53,921 nucleotides of DNA from an uncultured bacterium (GTDB lineage Bacteria; Patescibacteriota; Minisyncoccia; Phycocordibacterales; GWA1-40-21), in contig CAIJNK010000016.1 of assembly GCA_903822075.1 (NCBI GenBank), positions 1 to 53,921 of the forward strand, written 5' to 3'. Shown here one piece after another: positions 38,005 through 48,168 of the stretch. The notes under the pieces were generated by a model. That model had not been told where the DNA came from, did no database searches, and saw only the letters and a program-made list of their open reading frames with translations. Both the position numbers and the translations under genes were made by a program. The stretch's first letter is position 1. Each line of letters opens with the position of its first letter.

Positions 38005-39369
38005 TTAAAGATTCTTTAGGAAATCTATATCACTCTGAAATTTCTCCGCTTTAGCAATCACGGAATCGCCATAAGAAGAATTGTAAGGCTTTACGCTATC
38101 ACAAGCCCGGCCGGAATAATACTTGCAGGCCGCATTTCTCTCTGCTGTATAAGTACCACCCGAAGCTCCTAGATCAGCAATATACATAGCCGTGGCCATT
38201 ATTGCATGCTGTGGATCCCATGGATCAGGCAAAGAGACGCCTAGAGCCGCTTGTAAGCGAGGTGAGAAAATCTGCCAGGTGGAGGGGATAAACTGTGAAG
38301 GCCCCATACCACCACCAAAACCACGACCGACATAATAAGTGGCTCCGAGCGGACATGACACCGGCGTCGTGGTCCAAGTCAAACCTAATTTTTTAGTAAT
38401 TGCTTCAAAAGGGGTGGTGTCACGAGGAGCTTTCATCACCTGTTCAAAGGGTGAACCGGTATTCTTACCCACACCGTTACCAGTACTCAAGTCTGATACA
38501 TAACAAGAGCCAATATTCTTACCCATGTCCGACTCCTGAGATAAAATAGCCAAGATCATAGCCGGCCGGACGCCGGTTTTTCCGGAAGCAAAGGAGGCAT
38601 ACTCCAATGCTTTGGCAAAAGAAATACCGGAAGCATCACGCAAATCGAACAGGGCACTTCGAATAGCTTCCGCTTTTCTTTGACGATCAGCTAACACTTG
38701 CTGATAATTTGACTCCGCCTGGGTCGTAAAAGTCAGTAATTGTTTTTTATCGGTCTGATCCTGACTAATCTGCTTTTTCTTCAATTCCACCTCATACTTG
38801 GCGTCTAATTCTTGATTTTTCTTTGTATCCAGGGCTTCTTTTTCTTTTTCCGTCTCGGTCTTTACGTTGCGTAATTCAGCAAAGAGATCCTGCAAACCCT
38901 TGTTCACCGATTCGATATTATCAGCATCGGCAATCAGACTTGAAATATCATCCGAGGAAAGAAAAAGGTAAAAAATCGGTTCGACTTCATTTTGGTCTTT
39001 TTTCTTCAGGAGATTAGCTAAAAGTTTCTTATCATTATCAATTCTTGCTTCCAAAGAGCTGATATTTTTCACTTTTTGGCCTATTTCCGTAGTTAAAGTT
39101 GTGACAGTAATATTTCGTTGTTTTATTTCACTCTCGGCTTTGGCAATCTGAGCATTTAAGATAGTGACGTCTCCTTGCAGGGTATTTTTCTTAGCCTTGG
39201 TTTCATCCAAGACCTTTTGCCATTGGGCGATCTCCTTTTGTAAGGCATCATATTCCGCCTGCAAACGCACTCGATCCGCCGCCGACAAAGTCTGGGAAAA
39301 GACACTGGAAACTGGTACAAAAAATACCACAAAAGACAACAATAAAATAACGGTGACGAATTTTTTCAT
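38005..39369 (-). CDS. Secreted coiled-coil protein with C-terminal lytic transglycosylase (MltB/SLT_2-like)
   Basis: Signal peptide MKKFVTV..., long coiled coil, AILSQES, MGPSQFIPSTW, DPWDPQHAI. Confidence 0.85.
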   Translation of the reverse strand: MKKFVTVILLLSFVVFFVPVSSVFSQTLSAADRVRLQAEYDALQKEIAQWQKVLDETKAKKNTLQGDVTILNAQIAKAESEIKQRNITVTTLTTEIGQKVKNISSLEARIDNDKKLLANLLKKKDQNEVEPIFYLFLSSDDISSLIADADNIESVNKGLQDLFAELRNVKTETEKEKEALDTKKNQELDAKYEVELKKKQISQDQTDKKQLLTFTTQAESNYQQVLADRQRKAEAIRSALFDLRDASGISFAKALEYASFASGKTGVRPAMILAILSQESDMGKNIGSCYVSDLSTGNGVGKNTGSPFEQVMKAPRDTTPFEAITKKLGLTWTTTPVSCPLGATYYVGRGFGGGMGPSQFIPSTWQIFSPRLQAALGVSLPDPWDPQHAIMATAMYIADLGASGGTYTAERNAACKYYSGRACDSVKPYNSSYGDSVIAKAEKFQSDIDFLKNL

Positions 39370-39403
39370 CACCGTTATTTTAACATACTTCTTAAGTTTT
39401 AGC

Positions 39404-40075
39404 TTATTTCTTAGCACCCTTTTCTTCCTTTGCCTCGGCCGCCTCGGCACCCTCACCTTCAGTTTCGACCTTGCCCTTCTTTTCCACTTCAATTGCAGAC
39501 AAATCCACCGGAGCAGCCTCCACTACTTCTTCTTTTGGCTCATAAACGGAAGCGATTACTTCTTCAGGTTTGACTTTTAAGGTCACCCCTTCTGGTAGTT
39601 TTATCTCTTTCGCTGTGATAACACTATCAAAGTTTACTAGAGTTGAAATATCAACTTCGAGTTTGTGCGGTAAATCTTTTGGCAGAGCTTCGATTTCAAC
39701 GTCGTGAAGCACCTTGATTAGAACAGCCCCTAGGTCTTTAACCGCTGACGATACACCGACAAACTCCAGGGGGACATCCACGGCAATTTTCTTGCCTTTC
39801 TCAATCGCGTAGAAGTCTGCATGAATAGGCGCATCAGTGACAGGATCAAGATCTACATCATGAATTAGCACATCAGCATCAATACCGGTACCTTCAAGAG
39901 AAACAACGGTCGATTCACCGGCGGTCTTCCAAGCTTTTTTAAAATCGACGGCCACAATCTTGATTGGGGTGGAAGGATCCTTAGGGCCATAAAAAACGGC
40001 TGGCATTTTACCAGATTTTCTTAGAGTATCCAGACTTTCCTTCAAATCCCTCTTTTCTACTTTTAATTTAAACAT
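39404..40075 (-). CDS. rplY: 50S ribosomal protein L25/Ctc
   Basis: GKMPAVFYG, IHADFY, VDVPL, ALPKDLP; acidic tail. Confidence 0.95.
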   Translation of the reverse strand: MFKLKVEKRDLKESLDTLRKSGKMPAVFYGPKDPSTPIKIVAVDFKKAWKTAGESTVVSLEGTGIDADVLIHDVDLDPVTDAPIHADFYAIEKGKKIAVDVPLEFVGVSSAVKDLGAVLIKVLHDVEIEALPKDLPHKLEVDISTLVNFDSVITAKEIKLPEGVTLKVKPEEVIASVYEPKEEVVEAAPVDLSAIEVEKKGKVETEGEGAEAAEAKEEKGAKK

Positions 40076-40130
40076 GGGGACAATTATACACAGAAAAAAT
40101 CAAAATGCAACCCTTTATTGACCCCTCTTG

Positions 40131-40997
40131 TTATTTATCCGTAAACAGCCTTAATTTCTCTTCCACCACTTTTTCCACGGCCATAACGGCCTCTTTCATG
40201 TACTTATAAGGCGCCACTTCGTCGGGATTATCCTGCAAAGATTTAACCAAGGCCTTTCGGAAAGCAACCCGGATTTCCGTATTAATATGGACCACCGACA
40301 TGCCCGCTACGATGGCTGCTTTGATGTCCTCGGCCGAGTTACCTGAGGCCCCATGAAGGACCATAGGAATTTTTACGGCTTCTTTTATCTCTTTTATTCT
40401 TTGAATATTTAAGGCTGGATCCTTACCCCCTTTGAGCATGCCATGAATATTACCGACAGCTGGGGCTAACATATCTACCCCTGTCTCTATAACAAATTTT
40501 TTAGCTTCTTCCGGCTTGGTCAAAAATTCTTCAGTGATTCTTACCCCTTCTGGAATACCTTCCAAAACTTTTGATGAACTACCAATAAAACCGAGTTCGG
40601 CTTCAACAACAACATCAGGATTCACACTTTTAGCATATTCCACGCACTGCTTGGTCACTTTAATATTATCTTCAAATGAGAGACCTGTGGCATCAAAAAT
40701 CACCGCGTCATAACCAGCATCCACTGCCTCCTTGACCTTATCAAAGGAATAATGGTGATCCGCATTCAGGAAAATTGGGTAGCCGTATTCTTCACGCAGA
40801 CTTTTAACCAAAGCCACCGCCTGCCGGGTGCCAATGAAGTTCTGCTCGCCTTCCGCCGTGCCAATGATCACCGGCACATCCAACCTCTTAGCCGCTTCAA
40901 AAATTCCCTTCAAAGTTTCTAAGTTGGAAATATTAAAATGCCCAATAGCTACCCCCTTTTTCTCCGCTTCCAAGATGTATTGTTTAAGTGTTTTCAT
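40131..40997 (-). CDS. fba: Class II fructose-bisphosphate aldolase
   Basis: LNADH, VEAELGFIG, AVGNIHG, VLHGASG, INTE. Confidence 0.92.
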   Translation of the reverse strand: MKTLKQYILEAEKKGVAIGHFNISNLETLKGIFEAAKRLDVPVIIGTAEGEQNFIGTRQAVALVKSLREEYGYPIFLNADHHYSFDKVKEAVDAGYDAVIFDATGLSFEDNIKVTKQCVEYAKSVNPDVVVEAELGFIGSSSKVLEGIPEGVRITEEFLTKPEEAKKFVIETGVDMLAPAVGNIHGMLKGGKDPALNIQRIKEIKEAVKIPMVLHGASGNSAEDIKAAIVAGMSVVHINTEIRVAFRKALVKSLQDNPDEVAPYKYMKEAVMAVEKVVEEKLRLFTDK

Positions 40998-41013
40998 AGC
41001 GGTATTTTAGCAT

Positions 41014-41742
41014 TTATTCCCCGGATTTGGCCAGATCATCAATGGCCTTGGCGATATCATCACTCTCAAAAATAGTCGAACCAGAAATAAGGCGAGTGGC
41101 TCCGGCAGAAATAAGTTCCGAAGCGTTATCAAAAGAGACTCCGCCATCCACACTGATATGGATATTAGGATACATGCCGCGCAAATCACTTATCTTCTCC
41201 AGGACTTGATCATTAAATTCTTGGTGCTGGAAACCGACATTATCAATTCCCATAAACTGCACAAAATCAATGATGGAATCCCCGTCCACATCTATCATGT
41301 CTAAAATACCATAAACTTCATCGTTGGGCGTTTGGATATCCAAGGCCACACCAATTTCCAGGCCAAAAGCCTCGTCCTTGGCCGTACCATATTCATCGCG
41401 CAATTTCTCAATTATTTCCAAAATATTCGGCGCTGATTCAAGATGAAAGACCAATCTCTTGGCCCCAGCCATCACCCAATCATGAGCTATCGATTCAGGA
41501 TTTCTAACCATTAAATCAATTTCAAAATCCAAAGAATCCCAAAAAGGGAAACCTTCCTCCTCGGCTCTTATCCTTTCAAACTCTTCCATTCCTCCTTTTA
41601 CATAAGGCCAGCTTTTGTTTGGTACAAATTTACCGTCGCAAACGTCTATCTGCACCAAAGGAGCTAGGCCGGATATTATGGCCATCTTATCTCTCAAATC
41701 ATCTAAATCGGTTGGTAATATTGCAGGGATTATTTCTACCAT
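41014..41742 (-). CDS. rpe: Ribulose-phosphate 3-epimerase (divergent)
   Basis: IIPAIL, IDVCDGKFV, QFMG...GFQ.QEF, VDGGV, SGSTIF. Confidence 0.85.
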   Translation of the reverse strand: MVEIIPAILPTDLDDLRDKMAIISGLAPLVQIDVCDGKFVPNKSWPYVKGGMEEFERIRAEEEGFPFWDSLDFEIDLMVRNPESIAHDWVMAGAKRLVFHLESAPNILEIIEKLRDEYGTAKDEAFGLEIGVALDIQTPNDEVYGILDMIDVDGDSIIDFVQFMGIDNVGFQHQEFNDQVLEKISDLRGMYPNIHISVDGGVSFDNASELISAGATRLISGSTIFESDDIAKAIDDLAKSGE

Positions 41743-41752
41743 ATTTTTATAA

Positions 41753-42307
41753 TTAAAAATTCTTTTTTAAACGAATCTCTCGTAATATTTTCTCCGTTTT
41801 CTTGATTCGCCTGATATATTTGTACTCGCCGGAAAAAGGGGTATTAAGCCATGTTCTAACAGCGTCTTTAGCCTCCCCAATCGTTAAAAATCTGGCTCCC
41901 AAGGAAAGAATATTAGCATCATTGTGTTGTCGAGACAGTTTAATTATATTGGAATTTTGAAAAATTTTGTTACCGTAAAAAACCACCGCCCTGACATTCG
42001 GGAATTGGTTTGCCACCATCGCTTCCCCTTGGCCCGAACCGCCGATGACAATTCCTTTCACCATGTGCGGCCGATCAGACACCGCTTGGCCTACCGGTGC
42101 CACGAAGTCCGGGTAATCATCAAATTCATCGTACACATGAGCGCCATGATCAACCACCTCATAATTTAGCTTTTTCAAATAAGTAACCAACACCTCTTTC
42201 AGCTCAAAGCCGGCATGATCTGCGCCAATATGGATAATACCAGCCGAAGTCTTTTTAACTTTTGGTGCATTTACTCGGAGCTTTATTTTTTCTTTGGGAA
42301 TTAACAC
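41753..42307 (-). CDS. rpiB: Ribose-5-phosphate isomerase B
   Basis: GADHAG, DDYPDF, GGSGQGE, RQHNDANILSLGAR; GTG start 6 nt after TATACT. Confidence 0.92.
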   Translation of the reverse strand: MLIPKEKIKLRVNAPKVKKTSAGIIHIGADHAGFELKEVLVTYLKKLNYEVVDHGAHVYDEFDDYPDFVAPVGQAVSDRPHMVKGIVIGGSGQGEAMVANQFPNVRAVVFYGNKIFQNSNIIKLSRQHNDANILSLGARFLTIGEAKDAVRTWLNTPFSGEYKYIRRIKKTEKILREIRLKKNF

Positions 42308-42321
42308 CTCTTAAGTATAAC

Positions 42322-43755
42322 TTATTTACCCAGTAACTTCAAAAAAACTTCCTTTAAAACTTGCGGATTAGCCGAGCCTTTGGTGACTTTCATTCCCTGG
42401 CCAACCAAGGACATGAGTGCCATTTCCTTGCCCGCCTTGTAATCAGCGACTACTTTTGGATTATCGACAACAATCTGTTCAGCAATTTTCTGCAGTTCAC
42501 CCAAATCACTTTTCTGAAGCAAACCTTTCTCCTCGGCAATCTTTCCTGGTTCCCCGCCTTGTTCAAACATGATCTTCAAAATATCTTTAGCTCCACGGGA
42601 GGAAATCAGCCCATCAGCAATCATTCTCATGAGTTGAGCAAAGTTTTTATCTTCTACCTTTCCCAAATTTTCATTTCCCTTCATCAAACCAAGCAAATCA
42701 GAGATTATGTAATTTGATACCAATTTTATTAAGTAAGGCTCACCGTTAAAATCCTTGCAAACATTCTCAAAAAAAACACTAATGGTTCCAGGCCGAACAA
42801 ATATTTCCACATCTACCGCTTTGATACCATAATCTTTTTCATATCGCCCTCTTTTTTCCCAAGGTAATTCCGGCAATTCTTTCTTCAGATTTTCCGTGGA
42901 AAATTCTGGGATTTCGGACAGCTTGAATTTTGGCAAATCCGGATCCGGAAAATATCGATAGTCGTGAGAACTTTCCTTGAGCCTTTGAGAAAAGGTCTTC
43001 TGTTTATCCTCATCCCAGCCCCTGGTTTCTTGAATAATTTTCTCTCCCGCTTCCAGTACTTGAATATGCCGGTCAATTTCATACGCCACGGCTTTCTCCA
43101 CCGCTTTGAACGAATTGATATTTTTCACTTCCACTTTTGTACCCAATTTGTCTGTAGTACTGACCGAAATGTTCGCTTCAATCCGCATTTCACCCTTTTC
43201 CATATTGGCATCGCCGACACCTAGATATTGTAAAAGTAGTTGTAATTCGCGCGCAAAATCTGCCGTTTCCTTGCCGCTGTGAATCTCCGGCTCGGTCACA
43301 AGTTCCATCAAAGGCACACCGGCGCGATTAAAATCCACCAAGGAAAAGTCCCCCTGGTCATGGCTCGATTTGGCGGTATCTTCTTCCAAATGAATTCTCG
43401 TGATATTTATACCATTTAGCTTACCACCGATAACCAATGGATATTTATACTGGCTAATTTGATAACCCTTAGGAATGTCCGGATAAAAATAATTTTTCCT
43501 ATCCCACTCGGTAAAATCTGCCAGTTTTGCACCCAGAGCCACACCTACCTTTAATACGTTCTTGACTGCCTGTTTGTTTATGACCGGCAATGTTCCCGGC
43601 TGGCCGGTGCAGACAGAGCAAATATTCACGTCCGGCTTTTCTTCATCGGGATCATTCTGGCAGCCGCAAAACATTTTGCTCTTGGTGGCTAATTCCGCGT
43701 GGATTTCCAAGCCGATCGTGGCGGTATATTTATTTTTAACTTCATTTTCACTCAT
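42322..43755 (-). CDS. gatB: Asp/Glu-tRNA amidotransferase subunit B
   Basis: IGLEIHAEL, RKNYFYPD, RIHLEED, DFNRAGVPLMELVTEP, DYRYFPDPDL. Confidence 0.97.
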   Translation of the reverse strand: MSENEVKNKYTATIGLEIHAELATKSKMFCGCQNDPDEEKPDVNICSVCTGQPGTLPVINKQAVKNVLKVGVALGAKLADFTEWDRKNYFYPDIPKGYQISQYKYPLVIGGKLNGINITRIHLEEDTAKSSHDQGDFSLVDFNRAGVPLMELVTEPEIHSGKETADFARELQLLLQYLGVGDANMEKGEMRIEANISVSTTDKLGTKVEVKNINSFKAVEKAVAYEIDRHIQVLEAGEKIIQETRGWDEDKQKTFSQRLKESSHDYRYFPDPDLPKFKLSEIPEFSTENLKKELPELPWEKRGRYEKDYGIKAVDVEIFVRPGTISVFFENVCKDFNGEPYLIKLVSNYIISDLLGLMKGNENLGKVEDKNFAQLMRMIADGLISSRGAKDILKIMFEQGGEPGKIAEEKGLLQKSDLGELQKIAEQIVVDNPKVVADYKAGKEMALMSLVGQGMKVTKGSANPQVLKEVFLKLLGK

Positions 43756-43784
43756 TATTTACCAATACTAGCATAAAATTTGCC

Positions 43785-43817
43785 AAAGAAAAATGCCGCT
43801 CCTCCCGGTGCGGCACC
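43785..43817 (-). terminator. Terminator of orphan 43836-44153
   Basis: Minus strand TGCCGC...GCGGCA then TTTTCTTT. Confidence 0.65.
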
Positions 43818-43835
43818 CTTAAATCCACGTTGTCT

Positions 43836-44153
43836 TCAAGTATACGGAACGAGACAGAAAATATCACGAGCCGACATCTCGTCAATCTTGATCATAGGTC
43901 GAACCAGGGTAGTCGCTGGCTCAAAACAATCGTCAAGTAAGACGAACACCTTTAGGCCAGAAATTAATGTGCCTTCAAGGTAGTTACTGTCCTCCTCGCA
44001 AACACCTTCAATATGACACAGTACCGGTTCTTTCGGCCGATGGACGCGACCGCCAATTTTCAACACATACGATCGTGAGGCTAAGTCAGTCTTATGACCT
44101 TGAGCCCATTGGTAACCAAATTTACCAACTAAGGGGTGTACACGTTGCGGCAT
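43836..44153 (-). CDS. Orphan hypothetical protein
   Basis: SD AAAGGAG; promoter TTGCAT-16-TATTTT at 44197-44224. Confidence 0.6.
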   Translation of the reverse strand: MPQRVHPLVGKFGYQWAQGHKTDLASRSYVLKIGGRVHRPKEPVLCHIEGVCEEDSNYLEGTLISGLKVFVLLDDCFEPATTLVRPMIKIDEMSARDIFCLVPYT

Positions 44154-44229
44154 ATTCTCTCCTTTATGTTGCTAACAAAAAATCTATTCTGCATTTAAAA
44201 TAACACAAAATAGAAAACATGCAAGTATT

Positions 44230-45201
44230 TTATTCGGAGCGTAAGATTTTGATCAGACTATCTTTTAAATCCTTGACTGACTGGTCATCCAGAATAGTGA
44301 CCGTGAGAATATCGGGGTTTAGCTTGCCCAGCTTTTTCTTGGCCACTTCAACGCTTTTTTTATCCAACATGTCTGTCTTGGTCAGGATGAGTACCTCTCT
44401 TTTCTCGGCTAGTTCCGGATCATAGGCTTTCAATTCCTTTCTGATTGTCTTGTAATCTGTAATCAACTTAGTACTTTCCAAGGAGAGACAGTGGAATAGA
44501 ATCTTAGTCCTCTTTATATGGCGCAAGAATTTATGACCCAGACCCTTACCCTCTGAAGCACCTTCTATAAGTCCTGGCAGGTCGGCCAGAATATACCCAT
44601 ACATATTACCAAGGGCTGGTTCAAGAGTGGTGAACTGGTAGGCACCCACTTTTGATTTGGCATTCGTCAATTCATTGATCAGGCTGGACTTGCCGGCGTT
44701 AGGCAAACCGATGAGTCCGGCATCAGCCACCAGCTCCACTTCAATATAAAAATCAAATTCCTCGCCAGCCTTTCCGGGCGTACTCTGCTCCGGGCGTTGA
44801 TTGGTGGAAGATTTAAAAGTCTCATTACCTTGTCCGCCCCGGCCCCCTTGCGCCAAAAGTTTTACATCTCCTTCCTTATCCAAAAATACCTTTCCTCCAG
44901 TTTGAATATTTGTAATAATCGAACCCACCGGAAAATCAATATACAGATCTTGACCATTGGCACCATGACAACTTTTCTTCCCACCATCCTCGCCTTTGGG
45001 CGCCGCTATTTCCTTGAGGTTCTTATAATTATTCAGAATACCAATATCCCGAATAGCCCGAGCGTAAACATCAGCGCCTTTCCCCCCATTTCCACCAGCC
45101 GGACCCATAAACTCTTTGCCTTTTTCATGCAACCATCTAACCACGCCGTTACCGCCATTACCCGCTTTGATATGTAAATTTAATTCATCAATGAATGCCA
45201 T
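44230..45201 (-). CDS. obgE: GTPase ObgE/CgtA
   Basis: MAFIDE..., glycine-rich Obg domain, GLPNAGKSS, YQFTTL, DLPGLIEGA, TKTD. Confidence 0.96.
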   Translation of the reverse strand: MAFIDELNLHIKAGNGGNGVVRWLHEKGKEFMGPAGGNGGKGADVYARAIRDIGILNNYKNLKEIAAPKGEDGGKKSCHGANGQDLYIDFPVGSIITNIQTGGKVFLDKEGDVKLLAQGGRGGQGNETFKSSTNQRPEQSTPGKAGEEFDFYIEVELVADAGLIGLPNAGKSSLINELTNAKSKVGAYQFTTLEPALGNMYGYILADLPGLIEGASEGKGLGHKFLRHIKRTKILFHCLSLESTKLITDYKTIRKELKAYDPELAEKREVLILTKTDMLDKKSVEVAKKKLGKLNPDILTVTILDDQSVKDLKDSLIKILRSE

Positions 45202-45202
45202 T

Positions 45203-46108
45203 TTATTTTTTATGATTAATTGCCGCTTCGGCCAATTTGATTGCCCCGGCCATAGACTCCGCGCCGGCAAAAATACCTTTATTCCGACAGAAAAAAGCAT
45301 CCGCCACGCCACTTATTTTAATAAACTCTTCATCCTTTTTCCCCCACCAGGCTTCCGGGAAATTCTTTCTTGGCTCATACGTGTCTTCATCTTTTTCGAT
45401 CGTCGTCGCTCGCCACCTCTTGCCATCCTTATCCTTATAAACAATGAAAAGCGGTTCCGGATATTTATAAAGAAGGGTCTTGGGCAGGTATTTTTCAGCA
45501 AAAACAATTATTTTTTTATCCGACGTATTGTGATAAATATCCGCCACCAGACCTTCCGCTTCCATAATATCCTTGGTGATTTTTATTTCCCGCAAAAGCA
45601 CGGCTTTGGCAAACTCCACCGCCTTTAAAAAAATACTGTCTATCTCCGAAAAATCTTCTTTCCAGGTCGGTCTCATGGCATAGATGGCGTCCGTCAGCAT
45701 GAATGGTTTTATTTCTGAATCCGTCTTGCCACACAAATCAACACCGCAATCATCGGCATCTATCGCTGCCACCAGTTTTTTATCAAAAATATCTGCCACT
45801 TTTTTTGAGCTGCAAATTTTCTCGCCATATTCCTTCCAAACGAGTCCAAAAGCGGAATATGTGATTTTATCATTTCTCATGCCGGCACCACCTTCTTGAT
45901 GATGATCAAACCAGCCTTTGCTCGGATTATATTCAAAGCCATAATCAACCACGAAATCCGCCCTTGAATAGACTTTTTCATCCCTGGTTCTGACTACTTT
46001 TATTTTTCCATCATAAAGAATGGATAAAACAGCCACGGAAAAAACGTCATCCGGGTGAAAATTCCCGTCATGGACCGCGACAATTTTTTTATTTTTTAGC
46101 CAATTCAT
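45203..46108 (-). CDS. MYG1-family (DHH) protein
   Basis: HDGNFHPDD, RTRD, FDHHQ, SAFGLVW, IDADD. Confidence 0.9.
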   Translation of the reverse strand: MNWLKNKKIVAVHDGNFHPDDVFSVAVLSILYDGKIKVVRTRDEKVYSRADFVVDYGFEYNPSKGWFDHHQEGGAGMRNDKITYSAFGLVWKEYGEKICSSKKVADIFDKKLVAAIDADDCGVDLCGKTDSEIKPFMLTDAIYAMRPTWKEDFSEIDSIFLKAVEFAKAVLLREIKITKDIMEAEGLVADIYHNTSDKKIIVFAEKYLPKTLLYKYPEPLFIVYKDKDGKRWRATTIEKDEDTYEPRKNFPEAWWGKKDEEFIKISGVADAFFCRNKGIFAGAESMAGAIKLAEAAINHKK

Positions 46109-46505
46109 CTTTTAGTGTTGAAATCTCTTTCATGATCAAATCCAGCTTGAGATCAAGCTTCTTTATTTTCGCTTCCTCATCTTGAACTTCACCTTCTGTT
46201 TTGTCCGTAATTTTCTTTTCTTTTTTTAAGCCGGAAATCACAATTCGCTCTCCAATAAAACTAGACACAAAAAGTCCGGTTAAAAGCAAGATTATGGATG
46301 TCCAAATTATCGTGATAGGCTCATAGAAAAACCAACCCCAAAAACCGCCTTTTACCATCAAAATATCGGCGCTATGCCAAATACCACGCCAAAAGAGGAT
46401 GACCATTGCTCCACCAATCAAGGCATAAACAATGGATCGGTGGCTCAGTCTGACCCTGACTCGGTCCTCGAGTCTATCAAAAAATTGCACAAGTGAAGTA
46501 AACAT
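46089..46505 (-). CDS. Hypothetical membrane protein with C-terminal coiled coil
   Basis: Two TM segments (ILFWRGIWH; LLLTGLFVS); overlaps MYG1 start. Confidence 0.75.
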   Translation of the reverse strand: MFTSLVQFFDRLEDRVRVRLSHRSIVYALIGGAMVILFWRGIWHSADILMVKGGFWGWFFYEPITIIWTSIILLLTGLFVSSFIGERIVISGLKKEKKITDKTEGEVQDEEAKIKKLDLKLDLIMKEISTLKDELAKK

Positions 46506-46555
46506 TATTTTACTTAAATTAAGGCTTATACAAGGCTATGATAACACAAAAAACC

Positions 46556-48067
46556 TTACTTTAAAAGGGATTTACCGGTCATAGATTTTGGCTGGAAAAG
46601 GCCCAAAGTTTCTAGAATAGTGGGAGTGATATCGGCAAGCGTGCCATTTTTCACTTTCTTAGATTTATCGGTCATGATAAAAGGCACCGGACTCAAAGTA
46701 TGCGCCGTGTGTTTCTTACCGGTCTCGGCATCCACGTTGATTTCCGCATTACCATGATCGGCGGTAATGAAAGCCACGCCGCCTTTTTGTAAAAGAACCT
46801 CAATGACTCTTTTTAATTCCGCATCCACTTTTTCCACCCCAGCAATTATCGCCTCCCTGTTCGCCGTATGCCCCACCATGTCAGCATTGGCAAAGTTAAT
46901 GAAAATAAAATCGGTGCCTTTATTTATTTCCTCAATCGCTTTGTTAGCAATTTCTTCCGCCATCATTTCCGGCGCCAAATCATGAGTCGGCACATCCTTC
47001 CGGCTCGGCACCAAGATATGTTTCTCGCCAGCATACGGTTTTTCTTCCCCGCCATTCAAGAAATAAGTGGCGTGAGCAAACTTCTCCGTCTCAGCCACAT
47101 GCGCCTGGGTCAAACCAGCCTTGGATATTTCCTTGGCCAGAGTGGTTTCAATTACGGTCGGCTCAAAAGCCACCGGACAATCAAAAGTTTTATCATACTG
47201 GGTCATGGTGCCAAACAAAATATTTTTATCTTTCGCAAATTCCATTATTTTCTGTGACAGCATCCTGGCCCGATCCGCCCTGAAATTCCAAAAGAAAACC
47301 GCATCATTCTCTTTTATCAATTCTTTCTGTCCATCTTTATTTAAGAAAACTACTGGCTCAAAAAATTCATCATTTTTATCTTTGGTATAAAGCAACTCTG
47401 CAACAGCCGAAGCTTTTTGATTACCAGCTTGCATACCTTCACCTTTAAAAATAGCCGCCTCCGACAAGGCAATTCTATCCCAATTATTACTTCTATCCAT
47501 CCCGTAATAACGACCAGCCATGGTGGAAATAAAACCGATTCCTATTTCGGAAATATCTTTTTCCAATTTTTCCAAATACTCCGCCGCACTCTGTGGTGAA
47601 GTATCACGTCCATCGGTAAAGGCATGGATCGCCACTCTTCGTAATCCAAATCTTTTAGCCGCTTTCAAAATTTCCAATAAATGACCTCCGTACGCATGCA
47701 CTCCACCAGGACCAATCAATCCAGGTAAATGTAGAGTGGAATTATTTTCTTTAACATGTTGGAAAAGTTTTAAGAAAGTATTATTTGTATCAAACTCTCC
47801 TTTATCAGCAGATTGACTGATTCTTAGCAAATCGGTAAAAATTACTTTTCCGGCCCCTATGGTCGTATGTCCAACCTCGCTTGTGCCCATCTGACCTTCT
47901 GGGAGCCCTACAGCCAGGCCGGAAGCCTCTAGTAGTGAATGTGGATATTCGCGCCATAACTGGTCAAAAAAGGGCGTTTTAGCCTCCGCTATCGCATTAT
48001 CCTTCTTCTCCTCCCGATATCCCCAACCATCAAGGACAATTAAAGCGATTTGTTTTTTATTTTCCAT
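46556..48067 (-). CDS. gpmI: 2,3-BPG-independent phosphoglycerate mutase
   Basis: LDGWG, GLPEGQMGTSEVGH, DGRD, NFRADRAR, ADMVGHT, TADHGNAE. Confidence 0.97.
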   Translation of the reverse strand: MENKKQIALIVLDGWGYREEKKDNAIAEAKTPFFDQLWREYPHSLLEASGLAVGLPEGQMGTSEVGHTTIGAGKVIFTDLLRISQSADKGEFDTNNTFLKLFQHVKENNSTLHLPGLIGPGGVHAYGGHLLEILKAAKRFGLRRVAIHAFTDGRDTSPQSAAEYLEKLEKDISEIGIGFISTMAGRYYGMDRSNNWDRIALSEAAIFKGEGMQAGNQKASAVAELLYTKDKNDEFFEPVVFLNKDGQKELIKENDAVFFWNFRADRARMLSQKIMEFAKDKNILFGTMTQYDKTFDCPVAFEPTVIETTLAKEISKAGLTQAHVAETEKFAHATYFLNGGEEKPYAGEKHILVPSRKDVPTHDLAPEMMAEEIANKAIEEINKGTDFIFINFANADMVGHTANREAIIAGVEKVDAELKRVIEVLLQKGGVAFITADHGNAEINVDAETGKKHTAHTLSPVPFIMTDKSKKVKNGTLADITPTILETLGLFQPKSMTGKSLLK

Positions 48068-48104
48068 AAGCCACCATTATACTTTTTATTTAAATTTTCT
48101 CAAT

Positions 48105-48159
48105 AGAAAACAGCTCGTTCATTCTATCTACTGGTTTGTAGAAGAACGAACGAGCCGTT
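48105..48159 (-). terminator. Long imperfect hairpin/terminator after orphan gene
   Basis: Minus strand AACGGCTCGTTCGTTCTTCTAC...GTAGATAGAATGAACGAGCTGTT then TTCT. Confidence 0.7.
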
Positions 48160-48168
48160 ATGACCGAT

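Noticed and set aside
39370-39492. Highly basic N-terminal extension of the transglycosylase (likewise obgE 45202-45312)
   Set aside because: Alternate-frame read of the upstream gene; downstream ATGs give a proper signal peptide or family start.
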